Assembly: GCA_021773295.1 (NCBI GenBank)
Contig: JAJFKI010000027.1
Coordinates: forward strand, 59,885-123,884
DNA: 64,000 bases
Direction of reading: 5' to 3'
Origin: Gammaproteobacteria bacterium
GTDB taxonomy: Bacteria; Pseudomonadota; Gammaproteobacteria; UBA1113
The notes below the pieces were generated by a model. The model searched no databases. It had not been told where the DNA came from and saw nothing but the letters and a program-made list of their open reading frames with translations. Position 1 is the stretch's first letter. Each line of letters opens with the position of its first letter. This document shows, piece by piece, positions 29,338 through 38,929 of this stretch. The position numbers and the translations under genes were made by a program.

Positions 29338-30663
29338 GTGCCATTAACACCACCAAAACTTCCAAAAGAACATATCGATTGGATAACCAAACCATTACAG
29401 CGATTTTTCCGTATTGAGGCTGGAGGCGCAGTAATTCTCCTTTTTTTTACAATTATAGCGTTAGTTCTTTCCAACTCACCCTGGGCCAAGCAGTTTTTAT
29501 CATTCTGGGAAATACCTCTGAGCATCCATGTAGGGGTTATTGAATTCACGCGTACACTGCGCGATCTGATTAATGATGGGGCAATGACCTTATTTTTTTT
29601 CCTAATTTCACTTGAGCTTAAGAGAGAATTGGTCCTTGGTGAATTGCGTAAACCGAAAATGGCAGCATTATCACTTATCGCAGCGTTGGGAGGTATGCTT
29701 GTACCGGCCCTATTTTACTGGATCTTTATGTCGGGTCACCCAGGACAACATGGCTGGGGAACTGTAATGGCAACAGATACAGCTTTCGCTATAGGGTGCT
29801 TAGCACTCCTTGGCAAAAGGATACCTAAAAGTCTGCGCATATTTATGCTATCACTAGCCGTTGCTGATGATATTGGTGCCATCATGGTCATTGGCATTGG
29901 TTATACACACGGGATTAATTGGATGTACCTTGGCTTCTCCATAGTAGGATTCATTTTCGTAAGAATAATGGGGAATCAAGGTATTCGCAGTTTGGTCGCT
30001 TATTTTTTCGTCGGCATTGTAATTTGGTTCATAATAGATGCGGCTGGTATTCACGCTACGATTACTGGGGTTATTCTTGGACTGATGACTCCCACTGAAA
30101 AGTGGGTTAGTGACACATTATTACATACCATTTTTGATCACGTTGTTTCCTATGCTCCTGGGGACCACTGGAGTGGAGACACAAAAGATCGTAAAGCTTT
30201 ATTAACAGCTCAGGCTGCAGCACGCGAGGTGCTTTCCCCCCTTGAAAGATTAGAAATTATATTGCACCCATGGGTCAGTTACATAATTCTTCCAATATTT
30301 GCTCTTGCTAACGCTGGAGTAATGATTACTGCAACAGAGTTTAGTAGCCGTATCACAGTAGCCATATTTTTAGGATTCGTGCTCGGAAAACCTCTTGGTG
30401 TTTTTTCTTTCAGCTGGCTAGCCATTCGCACACGTATCGCAACAAAACCTACAGATTTGAGTTGGCTCCTAGTAGCTGGAGGGAGTTTACTTGCTGGAAT
30501 TGGATTTACAATGGCGTTATTCATTGCTGATCTGTCATTTACCCCCAATCTTTTAAACAATGCTAAATTAGGCATTTTGTTGGCATCCATTTTTTGTGGG
30601 ACAACAGGTATTCTTTTGCTACTAATAAGCAAAAATAGGGTTCTGTCGCAAAAAAATTTTTAG
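29338..30663 (+). CDS. nhaA: Na+/H+ antiporter NhaA
   Basis: INDG, LELKRE, MATDTAFA, ADDIGA, GKPLG and GIGFTMALF motifs. Confidence 0.95.
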   Translation: MPLTPPKLPKEHIDWITKPLQRFFRIEAGGAVILLFFTIIALVLSNSPWAKQFLSFWEIPLSIHVGVIEFTRTLRDLINDGAMTLFFFLISLELKRELVLGELRKPKMAALSLIAALGGMLVPALFYWIFMSGHPGQHGWGTVMATDTAFAIGCLALLGKRIPKSLRIFMLSLAVADDIGAIMVIGIGYTHGINWMYLGFSIVGFIFVRIMGNQGIRSLVAYFFVGIVIWFIIDAAGIHATITGVILGLMTPTEKWVSDTLLHTIFDHVVSYAPGDHWSGDTKDRKALLTAQAAAREVLSPLERLEIILHPWVSYIILPIFALANAGVMITATEFSSRITVAIFLGFVLGKPLGVFSFSWLAIRTRIATKPTDLSWLLVAGGSLLAGIGFTMALFIADLSFTPNLLNNAKLGILLASIFCGTTGILLLLISKNRVLSQKNF

Positions 30664-30718
30664 GCTATAGAAATGCGGGTTACAGGAATCCTATAATGCC
30701 CCCCAGAATTTAGATTCT

Positions 30719-30804
30719 TTATCACAGCCTCAGTGACTAAATCATGTTCAATTTCAGCAACTTTTTTCTCCATTTCCAACTGAAATATCCCAAATCTGTT
30801 AATG
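30719..30804. repeat. 86-bp direct repeat, copy 2 (tnpA 3' end fragment)
   Basis: 84/86 identical to 26397-26482. Confidence 0.9.
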
Positions 30805-30993
30805 GGCCTGCTACCCCATGTAAGAAAACGTCGTATTCGTGCTGATAAAAATAGGCGACAACTTTGTTGACAAACACCGGTTAAAAAATATTATCTATCA
30901 ATTAAGCACGTTATCATCTCAACCTTAGTAAGGTATCTAACAAATCGGGGTAGATCTTTACCACTCATCCGCTGTCCCTGATCCCTCTTAACT

Positions 30994-31512
30994 TCACATA
31001 ATAGTACATGCCCCCCCAGGCCTGTTTCTTACATGCTCTTTGACCTCATCTAACATGCCTGTCTTAGCTAATATTTTATTACCTTTATATTTGGCAAGTA
31101 TTTCATAGACTTCATGAAGGAATGGGTCTCTCCCTATGGAGTTATTTTTCACTGCTTCTGCCGCAATTTCTGCCACTCTGTCTAAGCTCGTTGCGTTTGA
31201 AATTCGAGATATGTAAGTTGGCGTATCTCCAAATGTCGTTTTGAAATTATCATTAAGCAACGACTGCAGCTGCTCTAACTTTGGCGTAGGTTTACTCTTT
31301 TGATCTGTAAAAAAATGGCTAGAACTTAAGGCAACAGGAGCTGTGGTTATTTCTAATTTAGCTTTTAACACCTGTTCTTTATACCAGTCTATAAAAGTTG
31401 TTACGTCTGGCTCCACAAGAGCGCGCCAAGACCAATTGATAGGGAAAGAAGAAAACGTTTTATTTATTAAAGGAAGTCCTTTGGGTAATCTAGAAGAAAC
31501 ATTTAAAAACAT
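30994..31512 (-). pseudogene. Probably 5'-truncated orphan gene ending in a CaaX box (CTIM)
   Basis: 172-codon ORF ending RPGGACTIM-stop; no clear RBS; 5' end abuts an unrelated gene fragment. Confidence 0.55.
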
Positions 31513-31663
31513 ACTGACTTTACTTTCCCAGCATTTTGAACATCATGAACTACCAACAGCTTACACTATTTTAGACAAATTACCTCGCAATGATAATGGA
31601 AAAGTATCAAGATCCAGCTTAGGTCTAAATTTAGATCAAAAACGATCCCTAAATCAATTGTGA
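31511..31663 (+). pseudogene. AMP-binding (adenylate-forming) enzyme C-terminal remnant
   Basis: HELPTAYTILDKLPRNDNGKVSRSSL matches the A10 motif LP.N.NGK. Confidence 0.7.
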
Positions 31664-31666
31664 AGT

Positions 31667-31812
31667 TGAGGCGTGTCTTTTGTTGGTCTTCCTCGAGCGA
31701 TATATTTTTTAATTGGTATAATGTCAAAGTCTACCGTGTGATACTTTTCTTTTTTGAGTATGGCCTCCACAGCCACCTTAGAATCTGCCTGGCAGAAAAA
31801 TGCTTGATTGCT
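31667..31812 (-). pseudogene. IS1634-like transposase internal fragment (not in the ORF track)
   Basis: Minus-strand frame reads SNQAFFCQADSKVAVEAILKKEKYHTVDFDIIPIKKYIARGRPTKDTPQ, resembling the F.C..DA...KYH...GRP.K segment of IS1634 transposases. Confidence 0.6.
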
Positions 31813-32780
31813 TAATTATGCTCGGCAAATGCTGTAATATTTTCTAAGGTGGTAATAGCAATTTGATCGAGTGCTTGGCGTGTGAAATAGCCTTGATGCC
31901 CAGTAATAAGCACATTAGGAAAAGTGAGTAACCGCGCAAATACATCATCAGTGATAATCACATCAGATAAGTCTTCAAAAAACAAATTGCTTTCTTCTTC
32001 ATAGACATCCATTCCTAAATAGCCAATATGTTGCTGTTTCAAGCCAGTAATCACGGCACAGGTATCGATGACAGCACCTCTAGAAGTATTAATTAACATG
32101 ATACCTGGCTTCATTTGCGCAATTGCTTGCTCGTTGATCATATGCAGCGTTGCTTGGGTCAATGGACAGTGAATGCTAATGATATCTGACGCTTGATAGA
32201 GTTCATTGAGGGTAACATAGTTAACACCGATATCATGGCATTCTTGATTCTCGAGGATGTCATAGGCTAATAGCTTACAGCCAAAACCAGCCATGATATG
32301 GGCAAACCTGCTACCTATCAGCCCAGTCCCAATGATACCGACAGTACTGCCATATAAGTCAAATCCCAATAAGCCATTCAAAGAAAAATTGCCTTCTCTA
32401 ATGCGATTGTAAGCGCGGTGAGTTTTTCGATTGAGTGTCTGGATTAAGGCCACCGCATGCTCAGCCACAGCATAAGGCGAATAAGCAGGAACATTAACAA
32501 CCTTAAGGCCGAGAGCTTTTGCTTTTTCTAAATCAACATTATTAAAACCCGCACAGCGCAATGCAATTAATTGTGTGCCATTCTCTGCAAGCTTTGTTAA
32601 TACGTTTGCACTTAAATCATCATTTACAAAACAACAAACGATAGAATATTCTTTTGCTAAATTGACAGTGTGTAAGTTTAAATGAGCCTCATAAAACTGG
32701 AATGAGTGAGGGTAGTCTTTTAAATAAGATTTAAAAAAGGGTGGCTCATAGGCTTGACAGCTAAACATGGCAATTTTCAT
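31812..32780 (-). CDS. ldhA: D-lactate dehydrogenase / D-2-hydroxyacid dehydrogenase
   Basis: CFVND, LRCAGFNNVD, YSPYAVAEH, GTGLIG, NTSRG, DVYEEE and TGHQ motifs. Confidence 0.93.
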   Translation of the reverse strand: MKIAMFSCQAYEPPFFKSYLKDYPHSFQFYEAHLNLHTVNLAKEYSIVCCFVNDDLSANVLTKLAENGTQLIALRCAGFNNVDLEKAKALGLKVVNVPAYSPYAVAEHAVALIQTLNRKTHRAYNRIREGNFSLNGLLGFDLYGSTVGIIGTGLIGSRFAHIMAGFGCKLLAYDILENQECHDIGVNYVTLNELYQASDIISIHCPLTQATLHMINEQAIAQMKPGIMLINTSRGAVIDTCAVITGLKQQHIGYLGMDVYEEESNLFFEDLSDVIITDDVFARLLTFPNVLITGHQGYFTRQALDQIAITTLENITAFAEHN

Positions 32781-32866
32781 CGATGCTTATCTCATGTTGG
32801 GGCAAGAAAGTATTTAGTTCTTTATATCATAATTTAATATTTAGTCCAATATTCAAGTCCTTTATG

Positions 32867-35800
32867 CTATAAGGGTGAGAGATTTTTAGATGATGATGAC
32901 GCAATGCTGCTTGAAGCAGCTGCGCTGCTATGAGAAAGAAATCCACCAAAAAATGCAGCAGAGGTTTGGCTGTAATGTGTTGTGTCACCTGATAGAGAAG
33001 AAGTACCTGCTGCCGAAGAAGAAGATGAGGATGAGGATGAGGAGGATGAGGAGGCTAATGTTGAAGATGCTAATGGTAAAAGTGGCGTATGACTTGATAG
33101 TTCATTTTCAAACCAGATTTCATCCCAGTCTTCATCCTGTGGTGGTTGTTGGTTCTTTAAATAAATCACATTGAATATACCAGTGTCTAATTGGGCAATG
33201 ATAACGTGTTCTTGGAGACTGATATGGACTATATGATGTGGTAATGCATCAATTATTCTGATGCACGTTAATGTGTCAGTATCCCATATTTTAAGTTGGT
33301 GTGGATGAGGTGTTTTTTTATCAATACGTGATTTTTTAGCCTCACATGCCACATGTATTAATACATTGCCTTGCATTTGTAGGGCATGAGCACATACGCT
33401 GTAGAAAAATATCAGAGTTAATGGATGAGGTGTTGGGCGCCTTTTGGGATCAGGGGTTGGGGTACTCATTTTGGTAAGATCGATATAATTTTTAGAAGGC
33501 AAACGATAAAATCCTAGAATTCCTGCGCTCCCATAAGTTAACAAGCAATTTTCAATTTTCTGCCCTTGTATTGAAACATCACGAAATAAAAGATATTGAT
33601 AGTGACTGTTTAAATTAATTAGCTCACCATTATTTATGTTCAATGCCACAGTAACGTTTGAACGTCTAATACGTCTTACACCTCGAGCTGGCGGTAAAAT
33701 ACTCGTACCATTTAACAGAACGTAATCCGTTGACATTGATTGGTGTGAATGTGAGTTTCTTAATAAGTGATAGCTTGTTTTTTCTTTTTTGATTTGAGCA
33801 ATAACGTGGTTAGCCGTTAAATCCCAGACATTTATTGTATCCGTTGATAGTGCAATGAGTCTTCCTGCACTGAGGAACCAGCTTGATAAGGTAGTGGCAT
33901 AGCTTTTACTGCGACCGCTAGAAATTACTTTAATCGGAAAGTCATAACACACTGTTTGAGCGCCATCAGTAAGCCGATAGACGATTAGTTTGCTGTTATG
34001 GCCATAATGATTACCTTTTTCCCAATGATAATTCCGGGCTTCAACAACGAGGTGAGTCAATGACATTTTGAGGTGAACATGCTCATAGGGTAATGATACT
34101 GATTTATATAATGATCTACTACTGAGGTCCCATAACTGCATGACGGAAGGCAAAGGAGAGCGTTTTAAACCTTTAGTGTTATACAGTCTTGCAAGATAAT
34201 TACCACAAGCGTGCGTTATTGCATATTGTTCTGAAGACAACTGAGCACCTTGATGTTCTATGAGCACCTTTTGCGTTGATAAGTCGCGCAGAGTAAATTT
34301 GTTATCATTTTTTGCAAGTAAATAGCTAGGCGTATTAGCATCAGCGGCAACATCATATAAAAATTGATAGGGGCCAACTGCCGCTGGCAAGCAAGGCTCA
34401 TTTGTCCAAAATTTAGGAACTTTATCGATGAAGCGGCGAAACTGTAAATATGTACTTTCATGCCCATAATAATCACCGGCATTCATCACAGCAACAATGC
34501 CGCTTTGCCAGCGTTCTAATAGTGATTTGTCACTCATAAAACACAAATGGTATGCATTGATAAAAGCAGCATCGCCACGTTCGGTTGCAATATCCAATGC
34601 TGTTTGTCCGAATACATTGGTCATTGTTGGTATTGCCCCATGCGCTGCGAGCAAACGCAATAAAATACCTTGGCCATGTCGCGCAGCAACGTGTAGTGCC
34701 GTTTCTCCGTAGGAGTCTTTTGTATTTGGACAGTGATGGTTAGTGAGCAAATGACTCGTAAATGGATGATGACCGAATTGAACAGAGTAATGTAATGCTT
34801 GACGCCCTAACTCATCATGATACTGATCCGAAGGTTGCTCTAACAACGTCTGTAAGACAGTTACAGTCGCTGCCACTTTTAAACCCATAATATAATCTGT
34901 TGGCTGGTAGTTTAGGAAATGGTTTGCAAAGCGATTCGTGTAGTCATCCTCACCAACGTCAGTAAAGGCAAAATCAGGAGAGTTGGGATAATGCTCACGA
35001 CCAAAAGCTTTTAATTTATTAATTATAATGCAACTTAAGGGATGATTTTCTTTTAATGACGGATCATTTAATGAAGCATTAATAGATTCCATATAATCAA
35101 GAACGCTTTTAGCATGATGCGTTGCAAACAAATAAAACTCAAGCACTGAGCGTTCTAGTAACGTTGGAACAGCATGCTGTAGTAATAGCTGTGTGATGGT
35201 TGTGACTAATGCCTTTCCCGGCATAAGTTGATAATCATAGTGGGTTCTATTAGCAATCAGCGTGCTGATAATGGGATCAAATTTTGCAATTCGACTGTAG
35301 CATAAGGTTAAATATGATTTAATCATATAATACCGTGCATCCAATGATAGCAATAATCTGGAAATATCAGATGTTGTGCCATTACGAACAGTATCAATAA
35401 CCTCAGTTACTGTATAATTGTTTTTTAACTGATAAATAATGGCATAGTACTCATTAATAAGTTGCTGCAGTATGTTTTTATCTTGTTGTAAAGACACTAT
35501 CATTCGACTAAAACTGATACCTCGCATGAGTATTTGGCGAAGGTTGTGAGAATGGGGCGGATAACCATAGTTTGCAGCCCATTGAGTAAGCATGTTCATA
35601 TGTGTATCAACAGTATCAGCCCATACAAAAATATTAACATAGCGCGGTGATGCGAATTTAACCGAATACTGAGTAGATAAAACCTTGCAAAAGTAATTGA
35701 TAACAGATTCTGGTTTATTTTCACTAAGTTGCTTAATAATCGTTTCATTATCGGCCGGTAGGTTATCATGACCGGTAATTAGCGGATGTTTTGAATGTAC

Positions 35801-37102
35801 TTTTGCCCAGTTTGACAGAGCAGCATAGTACTGTTGATAAGTAGAAGAATCAGGTGTCATACCCCCAGCTTCTAACGCTTCAATTGCCCCAATAGTGTCA
35901 TGGAGTTCTTTGCAGTAAATTTCTTTTGCTTGGTCAAGAACGATTTCTTCTAGACTATCAAATCGATTTCTAATATAGGACATTTGCTGCTCGGAAATTT
36001 CCAACAGGTGGTCTAATTTTGTATGAATTTGAATAATTTCATTATGAATATTACGGTGCATTTCATGTAATAATTCTTCCACACGATCAAATCGAACATG
36101 CATATGTTGGTGAACCGTATTAATTGCTTCACCAAGCTGTGCGACTTGTTGTTTAATAATATCTAGAGGCATCACTGTGTCCACCTGAGTAAAGGCAGAA
36201 AACAAGCTAATACCAACTTGAACAAGGCTAGCTAATGGGTTTGCTAAAGCAAGTAGAGAAGTTGAGCTTCGCAGGATATTTGAAATAGAATGAATAGCGG
36301 TACCCACTTGAATTGCTCCGTGGGAGATAGCAGACACATGCTTTGCTAAACCAGGATTTTTTATAGCAATAATACTTGATAGCATGTTTGTACCAAAGCC
36401 TAATGCATCAGTAACTTCTAAAAAACTTGCAGATTTTCTAGCGTTACTAACCATTTCTAATTGTGATTTTGCAATAGCTTCAACTTGCACATCACTTAAT
36501 GCGCTAAGTGCTGTTTCAGATAGCTCTAACTGATCGTCTTCTAAAAGATCAATGTTTTCCTTTAAATGCGTTCTATCAGCGGCAGTAGCAGTACCATCAA
36601 GGATATGCATAGAAATTGTCAACAATTGATCTAGGCGAGTCATTATCAGTTGATGGTTTTGGCTAGCAAGAACCTCACTAGCAGCCTCATCAATACACTG
36701 AAAGACATTGCCTATTATAGGGATTGTGTGCGTTAATTTACGGGCAACTTTTTGAAAAAACTCAGCACTATCGTGTTCATAGGCTTCTCGTATTGGATCA
36801 TAAAAACTTTTTTTAATAAAAGGACCAAGTTGCATGAAAGGTTCTAAATCATATCTGGGATCACTAGATACTCCAAGGTATAATTCCATAACATTTACAG
36901 CATTAGGATCGTCCTCTAGACTGGGTTGTTCATGTGAGGTACCAAAAAATAACCCACCATTGACTACGGGAGTTACTCGGCTCATTCTGGGGTAGTGCTC
37001 ATAGGGCTGGTTTAATTGCATGCGCATCGCTAATCGATTGACTCGCTCTTTATATGGAACCTGACCGGCCCATACACTCTCTAATTTTGAATCATTACCC
37101 AT
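32867..37102 (-). CDS. 1411-aa ankyrin-repeat protein with N-terminal hydrophobic/coiled-coil region and C-terminal WD40-like region; candidate effector/toxin
   Basis: Ank repeats (GRQALH, GETALHVAARHG, GQTALDIA); repeated WD strands (QLWDL, NVWDL, KIWDT); poly-Ser tail; AAGGAG RBS. Confidence 0.8.
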   Translation of the reverse strand: MGNDSKLESVWAGQVPYKERVNRLAMRMQLNQPYEHYPRMSRVTPVVNGGLFFGTSHEQPSLEDDPNAVNVMELYLGVSSDPRYDLEPFMQLGPFIKKSFYDPIREAYEHDSAEFFQKVARKLTHTIPIIGNVFQCIDEAASEVLASQNHQLIMTRLDQLLTISMHILDGTATAADRTHLKENIDLLEDDQLELSETALSALSDVQVEAIAKSQLEMVSNARKSASFLEVTDALGFGTNMLSSIIAIKNPGLAKHVSAISHGAIQVGTAIHSISNILRSSTSLLALANPLASLVQVGISLFSAFTQVDTVMPLDIIKQQVAQLGEAINTVHQHMHVRFDRVEELLHEMHRNIHNEIIQIHTKLDHLLEISEQQMSYIRNRFDSLEEIVLDQAKEIYCKELHDTIGAIEALEAGGMTPDSSTYQQYYAALSNWAKVHSKHPLITGHDNLPADNETIIKQLSENKPESVINYFCKVLSTQYSVKFASPRYVNIFVWADTVDTHMNMLTQWAANYGYPPHSHNLRQILMRGISFSRMIVSLQQDKNILQQLINEYYAIIYQLKNNYTVTEVIDTVRNGTTSDISRLLLSLDARYYMIKSYLTLCYSRIAKFDPIISTLIANRTHYDYQLMPGKALVTTITQLLLQHAVPTLLERSVLEFYLFATHHAKSVLDYMESINASLNDPSLKENHPLSCIIINKLKAFGREHYPNSPDFAFTDVGEDDYTNRFANHFLNYQPTDYIMGLKVAATVTVLQTLLEQPSDQYHDELGRQALHYSVQFGHHPFTSHLLTNHHCPNTKDSYGETALHVAARHGQGILLRLLAAHGAIPTMTNVFGQTALDIATERGDAAFINAYHLCFMSDKSLLERWQSGIVAVMNAGDYYGHESTYLQFRRFIDKVPKFWTNEPCLPAAVGPYQFLYDVAADANTPSYLLAKNDNKFTLRDLSTQKVLIEHQGAQLSSEQYAITHACGNYLARLYNTKGLKRSPLPSVMQLWDLSSRSLYKSVSLPYEHVHLKMSLTHLVVEARNYHWEKGNHYGHNSKLIVYRLTDGAQTVCYDFPIKVISSGRSKSYATTLSSWFLSAGRLIALSTDTINVWDLTANHVIAQIKKEKTSYHLLRNSHSHQSMSTDYVLLNGTSILPPARGVRRIRRSNVTVALNINNGELINLNSHYQYLLFRDVSIQGQKIENCLLTYGSAGILGFYRLPSKNYIDLTKMSTPTPDPKRRPTPHPLTLIFFYSVCAHALQMQGNVLIHVACEAKKSRIDKKTPHPHQLKIWDTDTLTCIRIIDALPHHIVHISLQEHVIIAQLDTGIFNVIYLKNQQPPQDEDWDEIWFENELSSHTPLLPLASSTLASSSSSSSSSSSSSAAGTSSLSGDTTHYSQTSAAFFGGFLSHSSAAASSSIASSSSKNLSPL

Positions 37103-37244
37103 TTAATAACTCCTTTTTTCAGGGTTGTAACATATGAGCCCACTCATAATCAACTACAATTTACATGACTGCAATCACCGTGACATAAATCTCGCATTTT
37201 TATGTTCAGATAACTGTTCTTTGTTTACCTTAAAATAACAAGCA

Positions 37245-37282
37245 CCCTTACTGGTGATTATCACAGTAATCACCAGTAAGGG
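37245..37282 (-). terminator. Perfect 16-bp hairpin, probable terminator
   Basis: CCCTTACTGGTGATTA-tcacag-TAATCACCAGTAAGGG; T-rich run follows on the minus strand, ~50 bp after the 37333 stop. Confidence 0.6.
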
Positions 37283-37332
37283 GTGTGTTGGAATGGATGG
37301 ATTCAAGTCGAGACTAATTCATTCTGATCCGT

Positions 37333-37530
37333 TTATCTACCAGGTGAGTAACTCATAGATGGTGAAACGCTGCTATTATTAGTGTCAACTTCTTGTTGTA
37401 GGTTTTGTGTAGAAGTATCTTCTGGCGTCATCAATTTGTTGCCTAAAAAAGTCAATATTTGTGAATTGACTAAACTTTCTATTTCTTCGGTACGATAGTC
37501 CACCACTAACGCGCTTGTTATCCTAGCCAA
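37333..37530 (-). pseudogene. Possible 3' remnant of an orphan gene
   Basis: Short ORF with S/T-rich tail (SSVSPSMSYSPGR) followed by a strong hairpin; no convincing start. Confidence 0.35.
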
Positions 37531-37574
37531 GTTATAATATGATTTTGAGATAACTAATAAACAAGGATTGTCAA

Positions 37575-38171
37575 ATGAGCTACCAAATCAAAGGAGATTT
37601 TCTCGAAGTTTGCAGTTGTCATGTTATTTGCCCCTGCTGGGTTGGTGAAGATCCTGATCATGGAACCTGTGACGGCATCATGGCATGGCACATAACAGAA
37701 GGCAAAGTCGAAGGTGTTGATGTTTCAGGTTGTACCTTTTCTCTTATTAGTCATATTCCCGGCAACGTGTTAGATGGCAATTGGGATGTTAGGGTTTACA
37801 TTAGCGAAGAAGCCACCGAAGAACAAGTACAAAAATTATGTAATGTTTGGCAAGGTAAGTATCACGGGCCACTGGAAGATTTATCAAAATTAATTGGCAA
37901 TATACTTTCAGTTGAGCAAGCCCCTATTGATTTCCATTTAAAAGGCATAGATGGGCACTTCACTATTGGCGGTCATGCCACAGCTAAGCTGAAGTCACTG
38001 CATGGTGCAACAGGTGGTATAACAACGTTACATGACACCATGTTTACGACCGTGCCGGGCTCACCAGCCCTGGTGGGTAAGTCAGAAAAATTTCATGTGG
38101 ATATTCCAGAGTTTACCATTGATGTTCAAGATAGGAATGCCATTTGTGCCGCCTTTGAATTTCATTCCTAA
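37575..38171 (+). CDS. DUF1326 family protein (putative metal-binding)
   Basis: G...E.CSC...CPC...P..G.C.G..AW.I..G N-terminal pattern; HIPG. Confidence 0.85.
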   Translation: MSYQIKGDFLEVCSCHVICPCWVGEDPDHGTCDGIMAWHITEGKVEGVDVSGCTFSLISHIPGNVLDGNWDVRVYISEEATEEQVQKLCNVWQGKYHGPLEDLSKLIGNILSVEQAPIDFHLKGIDGHFTIGGHATAKLKSLHGATGGITTLHDTMFTTVPGSPALVGKSEKFHVDIPEFTIDVQDRNAICAAFEFHS

Positions 38172-38177
38172 CAGCTG

Positions 38178-38915
38178 ATGTCATTGGCTTTACTTACATC
38201 AGATAATTTACAGAAAAAACTAGCCTATGCCAGCATCATTACATTAGTTTTATTGTTGGCTATCGTTGGCTACTCCGGTCACTATTTTATGATGAATGCT
38301 AAGCAGGCTCAGTTAATGGGTCTTAGCTTATTTCTTATCAGTTGGCTGATGATGACAATGGCGATGATGCTGCCTACGATGATTCCATTGCTACTCATGT
38401 TTTATCGCATCACTGTAGATAAACCATTACAGACTTTGCTCATGGTGTCTGTCACTGGGGGGTACTTGAGTGTTTGGTGCCTGTTTGGTGTCATTATTTT
38501 TTATGGTTCATTAGTGATTAAATACATATTTTCGAACATTTTTCATGGACAGCAAGCTTGGTTGTTGTCAGCATCATTATTGTTTATTGCTGGAATATTT
38601 CAATTTTCATCCTTAAAATATCAGTGCTTAAGAAAATGTCGCTCCACCTATGGTTTTATTGTGACACACTGGCGTGGTGGCAATACACTGTGGCAGTCAT
38701 TTCGTCTGGGAACTGCCCATGGTTTATTTTGCATAGGCTGTTGCTGGGCATTGATGCTGTTAATGTTTATCGTTAGTGCCTACCATCTAGTCTGGATGTT
38801 AGCGTTAGCCCTAGTCATGGCAATAGAAAAAAACGTTTCTTGGGGGAGTAAAATTACTAAACCCTTAGGTATTTTGCTTGTGTTTGTTGCAATGATAGTT
38901 ACTATAAATCAATAA
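38178..38915 (+). CDS. DUF2182 family metal-binding membrane protein
   Basis: W.MM..AMM.P, GY..VW, QFS.LK..CL..CR and G.FCIGCCWALM motifs. Confidence 0.88.
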   Translation: MSLALLTSDNLQKKLAYASIITLVLLLAIVGYSGHYFMMNAKQAQLMGLSLFLISWLMMTMAMMLPTMIPLLLMFYRITVDKPLQTLLMVSVTGGYLSVWCLFGVIIFYGSLVIKYIFSNIFHGQQAWLLSASLLFIAGIFQFSSLKYQCLRKCRSTYGFIVTHWRGGNTLWQSFRLGTAHGLFCIGCCWALMLLMFIVSAYHLVWMLALALVMAIEKNVSWGSKITKPLGILLVFVAMIVTINQ

Positions 38916-38929
38916 TCTATCAACTTTGC

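Noticed and set aside
31343-31510. 5' half of the 106-aa plus-strand ORF as a real gene
   Set aside because: It is the antisense of the CaaX ORF; only the part from 31511 resembles an AMP-binding domain
32890-33174. Plus-strand ORF with MRMRMRRMRR repeat
   Set aside because: Shadow of the poly-Ser codons of the 1411-aa gene on the opposite strand
37204-37219. GTTC-AGATAACT-GTTC as a second SOS box
   Set aside because: Spacer is 8 nt, not 7, and there is no repair gene downstream
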